DNA of 64,000 nt from Bacteroidales bacterium (GCA_024409235.1 JAKSUA010000005.1:18284-82283), one strand, 5' to 3'. Numbered from the stretch's first letter, positions 18,773 to 28,406 are shown. Notes: generated from the letters alone by a model not told the origin. Numbers and translations: made by a program.

Positions 18773-18802
18773 AAAAAAAATGCCGAGTTGTTCACCCGGC
18801 AT
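18773..18802 (-). terminator. Intrinsic terminator-like hairpin plus U8 tract
   Basis: The minus strand reads AUGCCGGGUGAACAACUCGGCAUUUUUUUU: a 7-bp GC-rich stem (one G:U, which forms only on the minus strand), a 7-nt loop, then U8. It lies 21 nt after the stop of 18823-19536. Confidence 0.6.
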
Positions 18803-18822
18803 TTCATCTGTATATAATTCAA

Positions 18823-19536
18823 TTAGTAATTCAAATATTGCAAGAAAGAAATCATCAAACCAACTGTTTGCCAGTCACCAATGTTTTTATAATATGAATT
18901 TTCTTCCTCAGCCAAGTTTCTTACATAATTGTCTCCACCACGAGAAGAGTAAGAAGCTTTAAAGTTTATTTCACGGCAGAAATAATGTTTTCCGAAGAAT
19001 TTGATACCTACAACACCAACATATTGTCCCCAACCTGCTTTAATAGCACGTTCCTGACCATTATCACTAGCCACCGTAATACCATTTCCTACTGGATATT
19101 TAACCAACTCATATCCAAGACCGAAAGTTACACCAGTTTTTGCACGAGTTGATACCGTTGCAGCAGCACCAGTATTTAATTCAATTGAAAATGGAAGTCT
19201 TACCATTGTAGATGTTCCACCATAGTCATTGAAAGCACGTCCAAAACTTGCACATGGTCTCAAAACTAAACCTAAAGATGAGTTATTAGACAATTCCAAG
19301 AAATTTATACGGCCAGCCAATACAAGAGTTGCAAAATTCACATTTGTACTTGTATAAGGTGTTTCCAATCTCTCATCAATTTCTCCTTTTGCTATCGTAC
19401 CTGTCATATTCATAACGTCAGCTCCAACAGTTCCACCAATCTGGAAGAAAAGTCTTTCACCAATACCACCACGGCCAGCAAAAACAACGCTTGAAATCAA
19501 GCTAAAACAAACAACTAATTGAAATAAACGTTTCAT
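18823..19536 (-). CDS. Uncharacterised secreted beta-barrel-type outer-membrane protein (paralog A)
   Basis: Signal peptide MKRLFQLVVCFSLISSVVFA, alternating beta pattern, and a terminal aromatic residue (...QYLNY). Shares NSS-, ELNxGAA, GxGYE and LNY-end motifs with the neighbouring gene. Confidence 0.7.
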   Translation of the reverse strand: MKRLFQLVVCFSLISSVVFAGRGGIGERLFFQIGGTVGADVMNMTGTIAKGEIDERLETPYTSTNVNFATLVLAGRINFLELSNNSSLGLVLRPCASFGRAFNDYGGTSTMVRLPFSIELNTGAAATVSTRAKTGVTFGLGYELVKYPVGNGITVASDNGQERAIKAGWGQYVGVVGIKFFGKHYFCREINFKASYSSRGGDNYVRNLAEEENSYYKNIGDWQTVGLMISFLQYLNY

Positions 19537-19561
19537 ATACTTACTATTTTTTGTAAAACTT

Positions 19562-20251
19562 TCAATAATTTAAAATTCTAGAAAATATCAAACCAAAATG
19601 AATTGGACGATATTGTTTTGATAACTTGAAGTCAAATGTAAAAAAATTATCTTGTTTTTCACCTATTCCTGCCTTCAAAATAATTTCATTTACTCTATTT
19701 TTTTTCGTCCAATAGCGAAAACCGAGTTTTGCAGTCGGTAAAATCCATGAATTTACAAAGTCCGCATTCTTATAAGTGTCATCCGTAACCGCATATGAGA
19801 GTAATGGAGAATAAAAATATTCATAACCAAAACCCAGTACAATTCCCCAATCATTTGATGCTATATAACGAGAAGCTGCCCCAATATTTAATTCTGCAAA
19901 AACAGGCACTGTAACATTCATTCCATATCGAACTCCCAAATCATGAACAGGATAGATTGCACCTATATTAACAGATGGCATTGCAGACACTGTAATCGAA
20001 GAGTTATCCGTCATAGGCAGAAGCATCATCCGTGCCCCCAACATTCCCGAAACAAAGTTCCATTGCACCGACTGAAAAGATTCCTGACAAGGAATTCCCT
20101 TTCCATCAACTACATCAGCCAAATGAGAATCAGTCACCGTTACATCTGTCAGGAAACTAAATCCAGCAGAAAAAAACATGAATCTCGAGAATTGTGCAGA
20201 TGCAACAAAACTAGAAGCAAGAATCGCTATTATTACAATTATTTTTTTCAT
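19562..20251 (-). CDS. Uncharacterised secreted beta-barrel-type outer-membrane protein (paralog B)
   Basis: Signal peptide MKKIIVIIAILASSFVASAQ and a C-terminus ...SRILNY. Shares motifs with 18823-19536. Confidence 0.7.
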   Translation of the reverse strand: MKKIIVIIAILASSFVASAQFSRFMFFSAGFSFLTDVTVTDSHLADVVDGKGIPCQESFQSVQWNFVSGMLGARMMLLPMTDNSSITVSAMPSVNIGAIYPVHDLGVRYGMNVTVPVFAELNIGAASRYIASNDWGIVLGFGYEYFYSPLLSYAVTDDTYKNADFVNSWILPTAKLGFRYWTKKNRVNEIILKAGIGEKQDNFFTFDFKLSKQYRPIHFGLIFSRILNY

Positions 20252-20316
20252 TTGTTGAAATGATTAGCGAAGATAGATGAAGATATGATTTTTTCCAAAT
20301 AAATTTAAAAGAAAAA

Positions 20317-22302
20317 TCACTTTCCATTAACAGCTTTTGCTATCAATTTTTGATAATTCCGCAGTGTTTCCTGGTAGTATTTAATTTTATCATTTTCAGC
20401 CTGTTTCAAGCTTTTACGATAATTCATATATTCTTTATGACGATAACTTTCCATTGTGTTATCATTTTGCAGCATTTTGGAAATATCCTTATATACTACC
20501 ACATCATCATCCAAACATGCAGACATTTTTGTACAAAAATCCGTCACATCGGCTATTTGTTTTTCAAAAACACCTAGCTGTTTATTGAACGCAAGCGCAA
20601 TTTTTTCATACATATCATCTTCTCCATAGTCATTTGCCAAAACTACTTTAGCCTCTTTTAGCAGACGAAGGGACTCTATAGTTTCTTTCACATAACGTTG
20701 TATTACATCATATATCAATGGAATACGCTCAGACAAAAATTCTATAGTCGGATCAGTATATGTGTCGTTCATCTCACCAACTTTTGCAAAAACCTCAAAA
20801 TATCCTTTCTTGAACACATATTTATCGGAATAATACACTAACGACAAATTGCTACCTTTTTTATCCAGGTATCTTGACAAACTCGCCAACTCCTGATTAC
20901 ACAAATTAGACACACTTTGCTGCATTCGATAAACAGAATCTACCTTATTTTTCATTAACGGTTGCATCAAAGAGTCGTAATCATGAATCATAGATGCACA
21001 ATTTTCTGACAATTCCATACTGCGGTTTATCTTCTCCATTCCTTCCTCTTTCAATTCCTTATTCTGAATCATTGGTTTGGAAAGATCTACAATATCACGC
21101 AAGACATATTTGCCTCTATATTTATTAATGTAGTCCTGAATCTTCTTGTTTTGGTTGTTTATTTTCCCCAACTCACGAATTTGCTGAGAATTCATTTTTC
21201 CTTGTGTGCTTAATTGCGAAGCGAGTAATTTGTTCGACTCAACCAAATTCTTTTTCCATTTTTCACTTCTCACCTGCTTAGCCATTTGCTCCTGCACATT
21301 GTTCTGCGTCGCAATAGAGAATAAAGAATCCGATACCTGAGCATACCGTAAGGCTTTTTGCGATTCTTCTAAAGAAGCAAACACTTTTCCTTTTTCTTCA
21401 ATATAAGTTGCATTGAAGAACATTTTCACCGCATAATAATAATAAAGAGCCTTTGTATATTGTGTGAAGGCATTCGTTTCCAAAGACTTATCGGCAAAAT
21501 AAAGATTTCTGTCATAAAACCCTTTCGTTTCAAAAACATCCAGTTCTTCTGAATTCTTCTGAACTTCAGGATAATTTTCAAAATAGACATTTATAGCAGA
21601 ATCACCAGCCATATAATACGACATCGGTAGAGGATAACGCATCAACTGAAATACATCTACAGCAGGCAAATGTTGCTTTGCAAAAGTCTTTGGATCAACA
21701 TACAAAAAAGCCGGATTATAATCCTTAACTGCAACTAGATGAGACGAATAAGGAACTTTAAATAAAGTCCACAATACTTTAGAAACAGGACTTACAACAG
21801 AAGTAACTTTACTCGAAGCTGCTGTTAAATCCATGATATTCCATTCATCTCCCAACTTTACCAACGCCCAGGCATATTCTGCGCGATATAATGTATCTCC
21901 AGCAACATAATCATAATCTTTTGTATAACCAGACACATAAATAGCAGGAATTTTTTGCGAACTGCACAACTCAACAAACAATTTTGTATATCCGTCGGCA
22001 AGTGCTTTTCGCGAGCGAAGAATTTTCTTTATTGATTTCGTTTCTGCCTGACGTTTTTCATACTCAGCGTAATCCAACTTCAGATTCTTACAAATCCAAT
22101 ACGCATAAGAAAGAACTACTTCTTCGTCGTTCGAGCAATTCTTTGCCAGTGCATCCGACAGTTTTTCCACGCTTTTAGCCTGAAAACGAGGCACATGACG
22201 AGCATTACGATAAACTTCAGCCGTATCAACCTGGCCAAAAACAAAAAAAGGCAATATGTTAATAAAACTGATTGTTAATATTATTCGTCGTAAAACTCTC
22301 AT
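20317..22302 (-). CDS. Transglutaminase-like fold protein lacking the catalytic Cys/His, with long helical C-terminal half
   Basis: ALADGYTKLFVELCSSQKIPAIYVSGY...YAWALVKLGDEWNIMDLT aligns by eye to the TGase-core pattern (..VCEGY..LF..LC...GI......GY...HAW........W...D.T). The ORF-track start at 22317 is TTG; the ATG at 22302 gives a signal-like MRVLRRIILTISFINILPFFVFGQ. Confidence 0.75.
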   Translation of the reverse strand: MRVLRRIILTISFINILPFFVFGQVDTAEVYRNARHVPRFQAKSVEKLSDALAKNCSNDEEVVLSYAYWICKNLKLDYAEYEKRQAETKSIKKILRSRKALADGYTKLFVELCSSQKIPAIYVSGYTKDYDYVAGDTLYRAEYAWALVKLGDEWNIMDLTAASSKVTSVVSPVSKVLWTLFKVPYSSHLVAVKDYNPAFLYVDPKTFAKQHLPAVDVFQLMRYPLPMSYYMAGDSAINVYFENYPEVQKNSEELDVFETKGFYDRNLYFADKSLETNAFTQYTKALYYYYAVKMFFNATYIEEKGKVFASLEESQKALRYAQVSDSLFSIATQNNVQEQMAKQVRSEKWKKNLVESNKLLASQLSTQGKMNSQQIRELGKINNQNKKIQDYINKYRGKYVLRDIVDLSKPMIQNKELKEEGMEKINRSMELSENCASMIHDYDSLMQPLMKNKVDSVYRMQQSVSNLCNQELASLSRYLDKKGSNLSLVYYSDKYVFKKGYFEVFAKVGEMNDTYTDPTIEFLSERIPLIYDVIQRYVKETIESLRLLKEAKVVLANDYGEDDMYEKIALAFNKQLGVFEKQIADVTDFCTKMSACLDDDVVVYKDISKMLQNDNTMESYRHKEYMNYRKSLKQAENDKIKYYQETLRNYQKLIAKAVNGK

Positions 22303-22357
22303 ACTTATAGATTCCAAGAAAAACGGCGACTAATATAAACAACTTTTCAACAACTTG

Positions 22358-22365
22358 CAAACATA
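22358..22365 (-). promoter_or_regulatory. Bacteroidota -7 promoter box TATGTTTG (minus strand)
   Basis: Reverse complement of caaacata, 55 nt upstream of the 22302 ATG. Confidence 0.3.
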
Positions 22366-22481
22366 TTGCAAAAGCTCTTTAGTCAATTGATGAATGAACA
22401 TCAATGAATGCACTTAAAAGCGATTCTCTCGCGACAAAAAAGAATGAAACCTTACGACAATGATTAAATAAATTGTACCGT

Positions 22482-25361
22482 TTATTCCACTAAATACGAA
22501 ATCTCTTCCTGTGAGAAAGGAATAGTCTGTTCGTCGGGAACAAAATTAGAAACGAGCATTGTTTTACGTTGCTGCAATTTCTGGATTTTTTCTTCTATTG
22601 TATTTTCAGAAATAAAGCGATAGACAGTAACATTGTTTGTCTGCCCGATTCGATGAGCACGGCTGACAGCCTGATTTTCAACAGCAGGATTCCACCATGG
22701 ATCCAAAATGAACACATAATCCGCCTGAGTTAAATTCAAACCAACTCCACCAGCTTTTATCGAAATTAGGAATAACTTACAATCATCATCTTCCTGGAAT
22801 TTTTTTATAACCTCCTCACGGTTTGATGTACTGCCGACTAAATACGCATATTTTAATCCTTCTTTCTTGAAATGTTCCTTAAACAAATCAAGATGACGCA
22901 CAAATGAAGAGAAAATCAGCACCTTGTGATGGTGAATAATATTTGGAAGCATACGCAATACTTCATCAAATTTACCCGAGCCACCATGCATTCCTTCAAC
23001 AAGCTGAGGGTGATTTGCTAATTGACGCAAACGCATCAGTGCCTGAAGTACATTTATCGTGGACTTCTGGAAGGTTGCCTGTTCGATTGACTCGAAAATC
23101 ATATTTCTAACTTTCGATTTTTCGGTTTCATACAATTTTTCCTGTACTTCCGACATCTTACAATAACGAACCTGTTCGGTTAATGGAGGCAAATCTTTTG
23201 CAACTTCTTGTTTTTCACGACGGAAAATGAATGGTTTAATGATTCTTTTTAATTGAGAAGTGACATTTTCGTCATGTTTTTCTATATTTTTCACAAAATA
23301 GTCCTTGAAAAACTTCAAGCTTCCCAACATATCACGGTTAACGAAGTTCAACTGCGTCCAAAGATCTATCAAAGTATTCTCTATCGGCGTTCCCGTCAAC
23401 AATAGCTTTCTTTCCGAATTAAGTTTCAAAACGCTCGCATAGATTTTCGAGCCCGGATTCTTTATCATCTGACTTTCGTCAAGAACTATATAATAGAATT
23501 TATACTCTTCAAAACTTTCAATATCATTTCGCAATAAACCATAAGTAGTTAAAATCACATCGTAATTATCGAAATATGAAAACGATTTATTTCGTTCATT
23601 TCCAATATATTTAAACACCTTTATCCCAGGAGCAAACTTTTCGAACTCGTTATTCCAGTTATACACAATTGAAGCTGGTGAGACAATCAGACTTGGTTTA
23701 TGCTGTCCACTTTCTTTCTGAACATTTAGCACCTTCTGAATCAATGCAATTGTCTGCAAGGTTTTTCCCAAACCCATATCATCGGCAAGACAACCTCCAA
23801 AATTATTTGCATGCAAAAAACACAGCCATCTGTAACCTTCGACCTGATAAGGACGCAACTGAGCTTTTATTTCGGAAGGAACCTCATTGTCACGCAATCC
23901 ATTTGTTTCAATATGCATCAAACGGGTTTTCATTGCATCCGACAATTTTACCGGCAAACGCTGTATTGTTTTATAGTGAACGGTTTTTACAGAAAAATAC
24001 TCCTGATTTCCATTCCTTGTTGAAAACAAGAATAGTTCCTTATACTTTGCAAACCACTCTGTAGGAATTATACCAACCTGATTATTAGGAAGTTGAACAA
24101 CCGGATCTTCGTTCAGTATATTTTTACGTAGCTTTTTAAATGGGATTTTGTATTCGCCAAAGGTAACAACAGCACGCACATCAAACCAGTCTATTGACTC
24201 AGAAACAACTTCCATCTCAAGTTTTGCCTGAAGATTCTGAATTTTCTGATCAGATTCGTCGAACAACTCAACAGAGTAGGTATCAAACAATTGTTTGTAT
24301 GTTTGTATCCAATGTAATACAGAAAAATAACCCTCCCCTTCAGCTGATTCCACACGCCACAATCCATTTTCCTCAACAAGACCTGCTAATTTCAAATCAC
24401 CCACAAACATCTGCTCATAAGCAATATCACGTTGCAAACGGGTATATCGAGGATTTCCGCCAATATTCTGATAATCAACCTCAAACATACGAGGTTCCGA
24501 GAAGTTCTTTATCTTCCAAGATTTATATGTTAGACAAAATTCAATAAAAGCAGAACCTTTTATATCACGTACAACCGAGGCAGAAATGCTTGGTTTTATA
24601 CATTCATCCTTCAGATCAAAACCCTTTACAGAAACATTATAATTGCGGATACAGTTTAACACAAATCCGTCGAAAGTCTGTTGAAGATACGACTGACTTG
24701 TCATTGGTTTTTCCACCGTAAAATAAACCTTCAGTTTGCTTGCATCAATGTCCGGGAAAGTGTAAAAAGTCTGTCCTATTTTTATTACACTTGGTGAATT
24801 TGAAAGAATCAGATTTGGTTGACGATACAATTTCAGTTCATTTTGCCCAACCCGAACACTTACACTACGTTCCAAACCCTCTGGAATTCGGTTAAAATTG
24901 AAAGTTACTTCAGGGTTCTTTTCACAAATTTCAATTTTATCTTCCGGATAAAAATTCGCACCGCGTACTTTATTATAAATTGGAACATTATTTTCACGGG
25001 CAAGCATAAAAGCCTCGGCCAAATGTTTTTCTACATACGGACGAATAATACCATCAAATTTCTGTTCTTTTAAAGGTAATTTCTTGTCACGCTCCTTTAT
25101 CTTATAAATAAAATCTTTTAGAGTGTCTTTCTTATGTCGCTGACGTTCAAACTTCTTAAACAAAGCACTTTCTTCGCAATAAGCCAACGTAGCAATGATC
25201 TTCTTTTCGTGCGAAGCCAGGTATTTTTTATTAGTTTCAGGAGTCAGATATTCCGAAACTTGGAAAAATTCGCGCCCCTCTTCCTTCTTTATTTCGAAAG
25301 AAGAAAGTATCCAACCTAAGTTTTCACTTTCCTGTAATATTAACGCAAATTGAAATTCCAT
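22482..25361 (-). CDS. SNF2-family DEAD/DEAH helicase with about 500-aa N-terminal accessory region
   Basis: LADDMGLGKT (motif I), DESQMIKN (II), LLLTGTPIEN (III), SIKAGGVGLNLT (V), QAVSRAHRIGQ (VI). The ORF-track start at 25373 is TTG; the first ATG is 25361. Confidence 0.9.
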   Translation of the reverse strand: MEFQFALILQESENLGWILSSFEIKKEEGREFFQVSEYLTPETNKKYLASHEKKIIATLAYCEESALFKKFERQRHKKDTLKDFIYKIKERDKKLPLKEQKFDGIIRPYVEKHLAEAFMLARENNVPIYNKVRGANFYPEDKIEICEKNPEVTFNFNRIPEGLERSVSVRVGQNELKLYRQPNLILSNSPSVIKIGQTFYTFPDIDASKLKVYFTVEKPMTSQSYLQQTFDGFVLNCIRNYNVSVKGFDLKDECIKPSISASVVRDIKGSAFIEFCLTYKSWKIKNFSEPRMFEVDYQNIGGNPRYTRLQRDIAYEQMFVGDLKLAGLVEENGLWRVESAEGEGYFSVLHWIQTYKQLFDTYSVELFDESDQKIQNLQAKLEMEVVSESIDWFDVRAVVTFGEYKIPFKKLRKNILNEDPVVQLPNNQVGIIPTEWFAKYKELFLFSTRNGNQEYFSVKTVHYKTIQRLPVKLSDAMKTRLMHIETNGLRDNEVPSEIKAQLRPYQVEGYRWLCFLHANNFGGCLADDMGLGKTLQTIALIQKVLNVQKESGQHKPSLIVSPASIVYNWNNEFEKFAPGIKVFKYIGNERNKSFSYFDNYDVILTTYGLLRNDIESFEEYKFYYIVLDESQMIKNPGSKIYASVLKLNSERKLLLTGTPIENTLIDLWTQLNFVNRDMLGSLKFFKDYFVKNIEKHDENVTSQLKRIIKPFIFRREKQEVAKDLPPLTEQVRYCKMSEVQEKLYETEKSKVRNMIFESIEQATFQKSTINVLQALMRLRQLANHPQLVEGMHGGSGKFDEVLRMLPNIIHHHKVLIFSSFVRHLDLFKEHFKKEGLKYAYLVGSTSNREEVIKKFQEDDDCKLFLISIKAGGVGLNLTQADYVFILDPWWNPAVENQAVSRAHRIGQTNNVTVYRFISENTIEEKIQKLQQRKTMLVSNFVPDEQTIPFSQEEISYLVE

Positions 25362-25377
25362 AAATCCTTGCAAGAAA

Positions 25378-25385
25378 CAAAAATA
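25378..25385 (-). promoter_or_regulatory. Bacteroidota -7 promoter box TATTTTTG (minus strand)
   Basis: Reverse complement of caaaaata, 16 nt upstream of the SNF2 ATG at 25361. Confidence 0.4.
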
Positions 25386-25446
25386 AAAAAAAATAAGCTA
25401 AGAAAAAATTCTACCTATTTTTTTTATTAACAATTCAACAAACCAT

Positions 25447-25454
25447 TAATTTTG
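25447..25454 (+). promoter_or_regulatory. Bacteroidota -7 promoter box TAATTTTG
   Basis: Matches TAnnTTTG, 8 nt before the truA ATG. Confidence 0.45.
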
Positions 25455-25462
25455 CCTTTGCA

Positions 25463-26197
25463 ATGAGATATTTTCTACATTTAGCATATAACGGGACAAA
25501 TTATTGTGGCTGGCAAATTCAACCACATTCGCCTTCTGTTCAAGAAACGATAAACACTGTTCTTTCAAAACTGTTAGGTGAAAAAATCGACATTACCGGA
25601 GCTGGACGCACCGATTCCGGAGTTCATGCTTCTTGCTACTACGCACATTTCGACAGCGAGAAAAATATTTCATTAAAAGATTTGAAATACAAGTTAAACA
25701 GAATGTTGCCAAACGACATAGTTATATATTCTGTTTTCCCTGTTTCCGACAGCCTACATGCAAGGTTTTCTGCAGTTTCAAGAACATATACTTATACAAT
25801 TACAACAATAAAGAATCCATTTGCCATAGAAACTGAATATTATTTTCCGACAGAATTAAACATAGACTCCATGAATAAAGCAGCGGAGCAATTAATTGGT
25901 GAACAGGATTTTACAAGTTTCAGTAAACTACACACAGATGTAAACAACAACATCTGTACTGTCACCAAAGCCGAATGGGTTTCTGTAGATAACAAACTGA
26001 TATTCACCATTTCAGCGAACCGTTTTCTTAGAAATATGGTCCGTTCAATTGTAGGTACATTAATTGATGTAGGAAAAGGTAAAACTTCTATTGAAGATTT
26101 TTCAAAAATCCTGGCGAGCAAAAACCGTCAAAACGCTGGACAATCCATTCCTGCCTGTGGACTAAGCCTTTGCAACATTGAATATCCCCAAATATAA
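25463..26197 (+). CDS. truA: tRNA pseudouridine(38-40) synthase
   Basis: YNGTNYCGWQIQP and GAGRTDSGVHA (catalytic Asp motif), plus RFLRNMVR. 244 aa. Confidence 0.95.
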   Translation: MRYFLHLAYNGTNYCGWQIQPHSPSVQETINTVLSKLLGEKIDITGAGRTDSGVHASCYYAHFDSEKNISLKDLKYKLNRMLPNDIVIYSVFPVSDSLHARFSAVSRTYTYTITTIKNPFAIETEYYFPTELNIDSMNKAAEQLIGEQDFTSFSKLHTDVNNNICTVTKAEWVSVDNKLIFTISANRFLRNMVRSIVGTLIDVGKGKTSIEDFSKILASKNRQNAGQSIPACGLSLCNIEYPQI

Positions 26198-26198
26198 A

Positions 26199-27380
26199 CT
26201 AAGATTTCTGTTCCATATTCAGTAACTTCAGATACGAAAGATATCCCGACAATGAAGTAACTAGGAACAATACACCTGCTGCAATCATTGCAAATTCAAA
26301 AGTATAGTTATCAGACAAATAACCTATGAATGGTCCAACTACAGCAAATCCCAATCTTATAATCAAATCGCGTACAGAAAGAACCGTTGCCCTTATTTCA
26401 GAATCACAATAATTTTGAATTAATTCCTTCAAAATCGGTGTAGCAAAACCGCGGACAAAATAGAACAAAAATGCGAAGAACAATGCGAAAACCATTGAAA
26501 AACCTCCCAAAGCAAAATATCCCATCGGTAAAAGAAGAACAACCAACAGCACCATTGTTTTAACGCCTATGTATTTTTCCAGACCATCCGAGAAAAATGA
26601 AGCCATTGCAACCGTTAAATTTAACAATACCCAAACAGCAGTTGTCTGCATTTCCGAGAAATTTTGTTCAACAAAAAATGTCTGAATAGTCCATGCCATT
26701 GTTAAAGTAGCAATGCCCGTCACTGAAGAAAGCATTGTTGTACGGCTCAATCCTTTATGTTTAAAAAGAGCATAAAATCCTATATCTGCAACCTGTTTAA
26801 ACGATTTATGAAGTAATTTTTCCCGTGAAGGTTCCACCAACAATATCGCAGCAGGAATTGCTGTTGAAGCAATTAAAACCTGAATCCAAAATACTGAATT
26901 ATACGAAACTATTGCCGCTACGGAGCCACCAAACAAAGCAGCCGTTGTTTCCGCAAGACAACCTAGTGAGGTTACCCTTCCTTCATATTTCAGGTATTTC
27001 TCCTGATTTTGTGACTGCTGCAACGAATCATACAACATTGCCGAATCTGTACCTGAAATGAAACTATTTCCAATTCCCATGATAGCCTCCGCAATAAAGA
27101 AAGCCCAGAAATTATGTATTGTTGCATAGATAAAAAAACCAGAAGCTGCAAATACTGTCCCAATAATCAAAGTTTTCTTTCTGCCCAATACATCCGCAAA
27201 ATAACCAGAAGGAATTGCAAAAAAAGCACTTGCAAATGAATATGCTGCCTGAATTAGAAACAGCTGAGTAGCATTCAACCCATTATCGGCATAAAAAAGT
27301 CCAATAATTGGCATATACAACATAAACCATTTTGCACAACGGATTATGTACAACTTGGGAATATTACCGTCGATACTCAT
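26199..27380 (-). CDS. MFS transporter
   Basis: About 12 TM helices and GYFADVLGRKKTLIIG (MFS motif A-like). Confidence 0.85.
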   Translation of the reverse strand: MSIDGNIPKLYIIRCAKWFMLYMPIIGLFYADNGLNATQLFLIQAAYSFASAFFAIPSGYFADVLGRKKTLIIGTVFAASGFFIYATIHNFWAFFIAEAIMGIGNSFISGTDSAMLYDSLQQSQNQEKYLKYEGRVTSLGCLAETTAALFGGSVAAIVSYNSVFWIQVLIASTAIPAAILLVEPSREKLLHKSFKQVADIGFYALFKHKGLSRTTMLSSVTGIATLTMAWTIQTFFVEQNFSEMQTTAVWVLLNLTVAMASFFSDGLEKYIGVKTMVLLVVLLLPMGYFALGGFSMVFALFFAFLFYFVRGFATPILKELIQNYCDSEIRATVLSVRDLIIRLGFAVVGPFIGYLSDNYTFEFAMIAAGVLFLVTSLSGYLSYLKLLNMEQKS

Positions 27381-27383
27381 TCG

Positions 27384-27659
27384 TTAATTTTGCAGTCTAT
27401 CAACATCCAAAGATACCTGAGTAAGCCGGTTCTTTATATTTTGTTGAGCACGGAAAGCCTTCATTTCCTCACATTTAGCACATTTTATGCCTCGTTTGTG
27501 CATTTCTTTATTACGGCTAACTTCTGTTTCTGGAAATGGTTTTCTGAAAAAAATGATATTTATACCCAAGCCGATAAAAGCTAAGGCTATCATTACAAGT
27601 ACAATAAGAAATAATTTTATCATAAAAGTAGAAGGGACAGCTTGCGCCATCCCTATCAT
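27384..27659 (-). CDS. Small single-pass membrane protein, unknown function
   Basis: One TM (MIKLFLIVLVMIALAFIGLGINIIFF) then a basic tail containing CAKCEE. ATG start 1 nt after the clpP stop, and the stop lies 3 nt before the MFS start. No family recognised. Confidence 0.55.
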   Translation of the reverse strand: MIGMAQAVPSTFMIKLFLIVLVMIALAFIGLGINIIFFRKPFPETEVSRNKEMHKRGIKCAKCEEMKAFRAQQNIKNRLTQVSLDVDRLQN

Positions 27660-27660
27660 A

Positions 27661-28332
27661 TTATTTATTTTTCACCATCACAGTATCAATCATACCGTAT
27701 TCCTTTGCCTCGTTTGCCGTCATCCAATAATCACGGTCTGAATCAGCTGCAATTTTCTCATAAGGATGACCTGTATGAAGAGCAAGAATATCATACAATT
27801 CCTTCTTTAACTTCTGTATTTCCTTAACAGTAATTTCCATATCGGAAGCCTGTCCCTGGGCACCGCCAAGAGGCTGATGAATCATAACTCTTGAATGTGT
27901 TAAAGCCATACGTTTTCCTTTAGTGCCACCAGCAAGAAGAACAGCTGCCATTGAAGCAGCCATACCAGTACAAATTGTAGCAACATCAGCATTTATGTAC
28001 TGCATTGTATCATAAATTCCCAATCCAGCAGAAACAGAACCACCAGGAGAATTCAAATAAATCTGAATATCCTTTGACGGGTCAGCAGATTCCAAGTACA
28101 ATAACTGTCCCTGAACTATATTTGCTACATAATCATCAATAGGAGAACCAAGGAAGATGATTCTATCCATCATTAAACGTGAGAATATATCCATTGAAGC
28201 CACATTTAACTGACGTTCCTCAATAATTGTTGGAGAGATATAACTTCCTTCCATTGCCGAAACATACTGATCGAACGCAAGGCTATTGATTCCTAAATGT
28301 TTTGTTGCAAATTTTCTAAAATCGTTATTCAT
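27661..28332 (-). CDS. clpP: ATP-dependent Clp protease proteolytic subunit
   Basis: [19 protein letters not shown] (Ser), MIHQPLGG (His), and the typical Bacteroidota N-terminus [14 protein letters not shown]. The ATG at 28332 is preferred over the 28362 extension. Confidence 0.95.
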   Translation of the reverse strand: MNNDFRKFATKHLGINSLAFDQYVSAMEGSYISPTIIEERQLNVASMDIFSRLMMDRIIFLGSPIDDYVANIVQGQLLYLESADPSKDIQIYLNSPGGSVSAGLGIYDTMQYINADVATICTGMAASMAAVLLAGGTKGKRMALTHSRVMIHQPLGGAQGQASDMEITVKEIQKLKKELYDILALHTGHPYEKIAADSDRDYWMTANEAKEYGMIDTVMVKNK

Positions 28333-28398
28333 ATCTTTATCTTTTGAGCAATGATACCTCACTAAATAAAATTGTCAAGAATCATTAGCTGTTTTTTA

Positions 28399-28406
28399 CA
28401 AAAGTA
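28399..28406 (-). promoter_or_regulatory. Bacteroidota -7 promoter box TACTTTTG (minus strand)
   Basis: Reverse complement of caaaagta, 66 nt upstream of the clpP ATG at 28332. Confidence 0.35.

Noticed and set aside
22387-22441. Inverted repeat TTGATG-n6-CATCAA and a weak GCGA/TCGC hairpin with flanking A/T runs in the 164-nt spacer after the SNF2 gene. Also the TTGCAA-n7-TTGCAA direct repeat at 22355-22373.
   Set aside because: The stems are only 4-6 bp in AT-rich DNA, so they are not distinguishable from chance by eye. They could be a weak terminator, but I cannot support a call.
22482-25361. SNF2 helicase as part of a defence island (DISARM/BREX-like).
   Set aside because: No methyltransferase, PLD nuclease, DUF1998, PglZ or other defence partner is adjacent. 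The neighbours are truA and a TGase-like gene. The architecture matches the widespread housekeeping-type bacterial SNF2 protein with an N-terminal accessory region.
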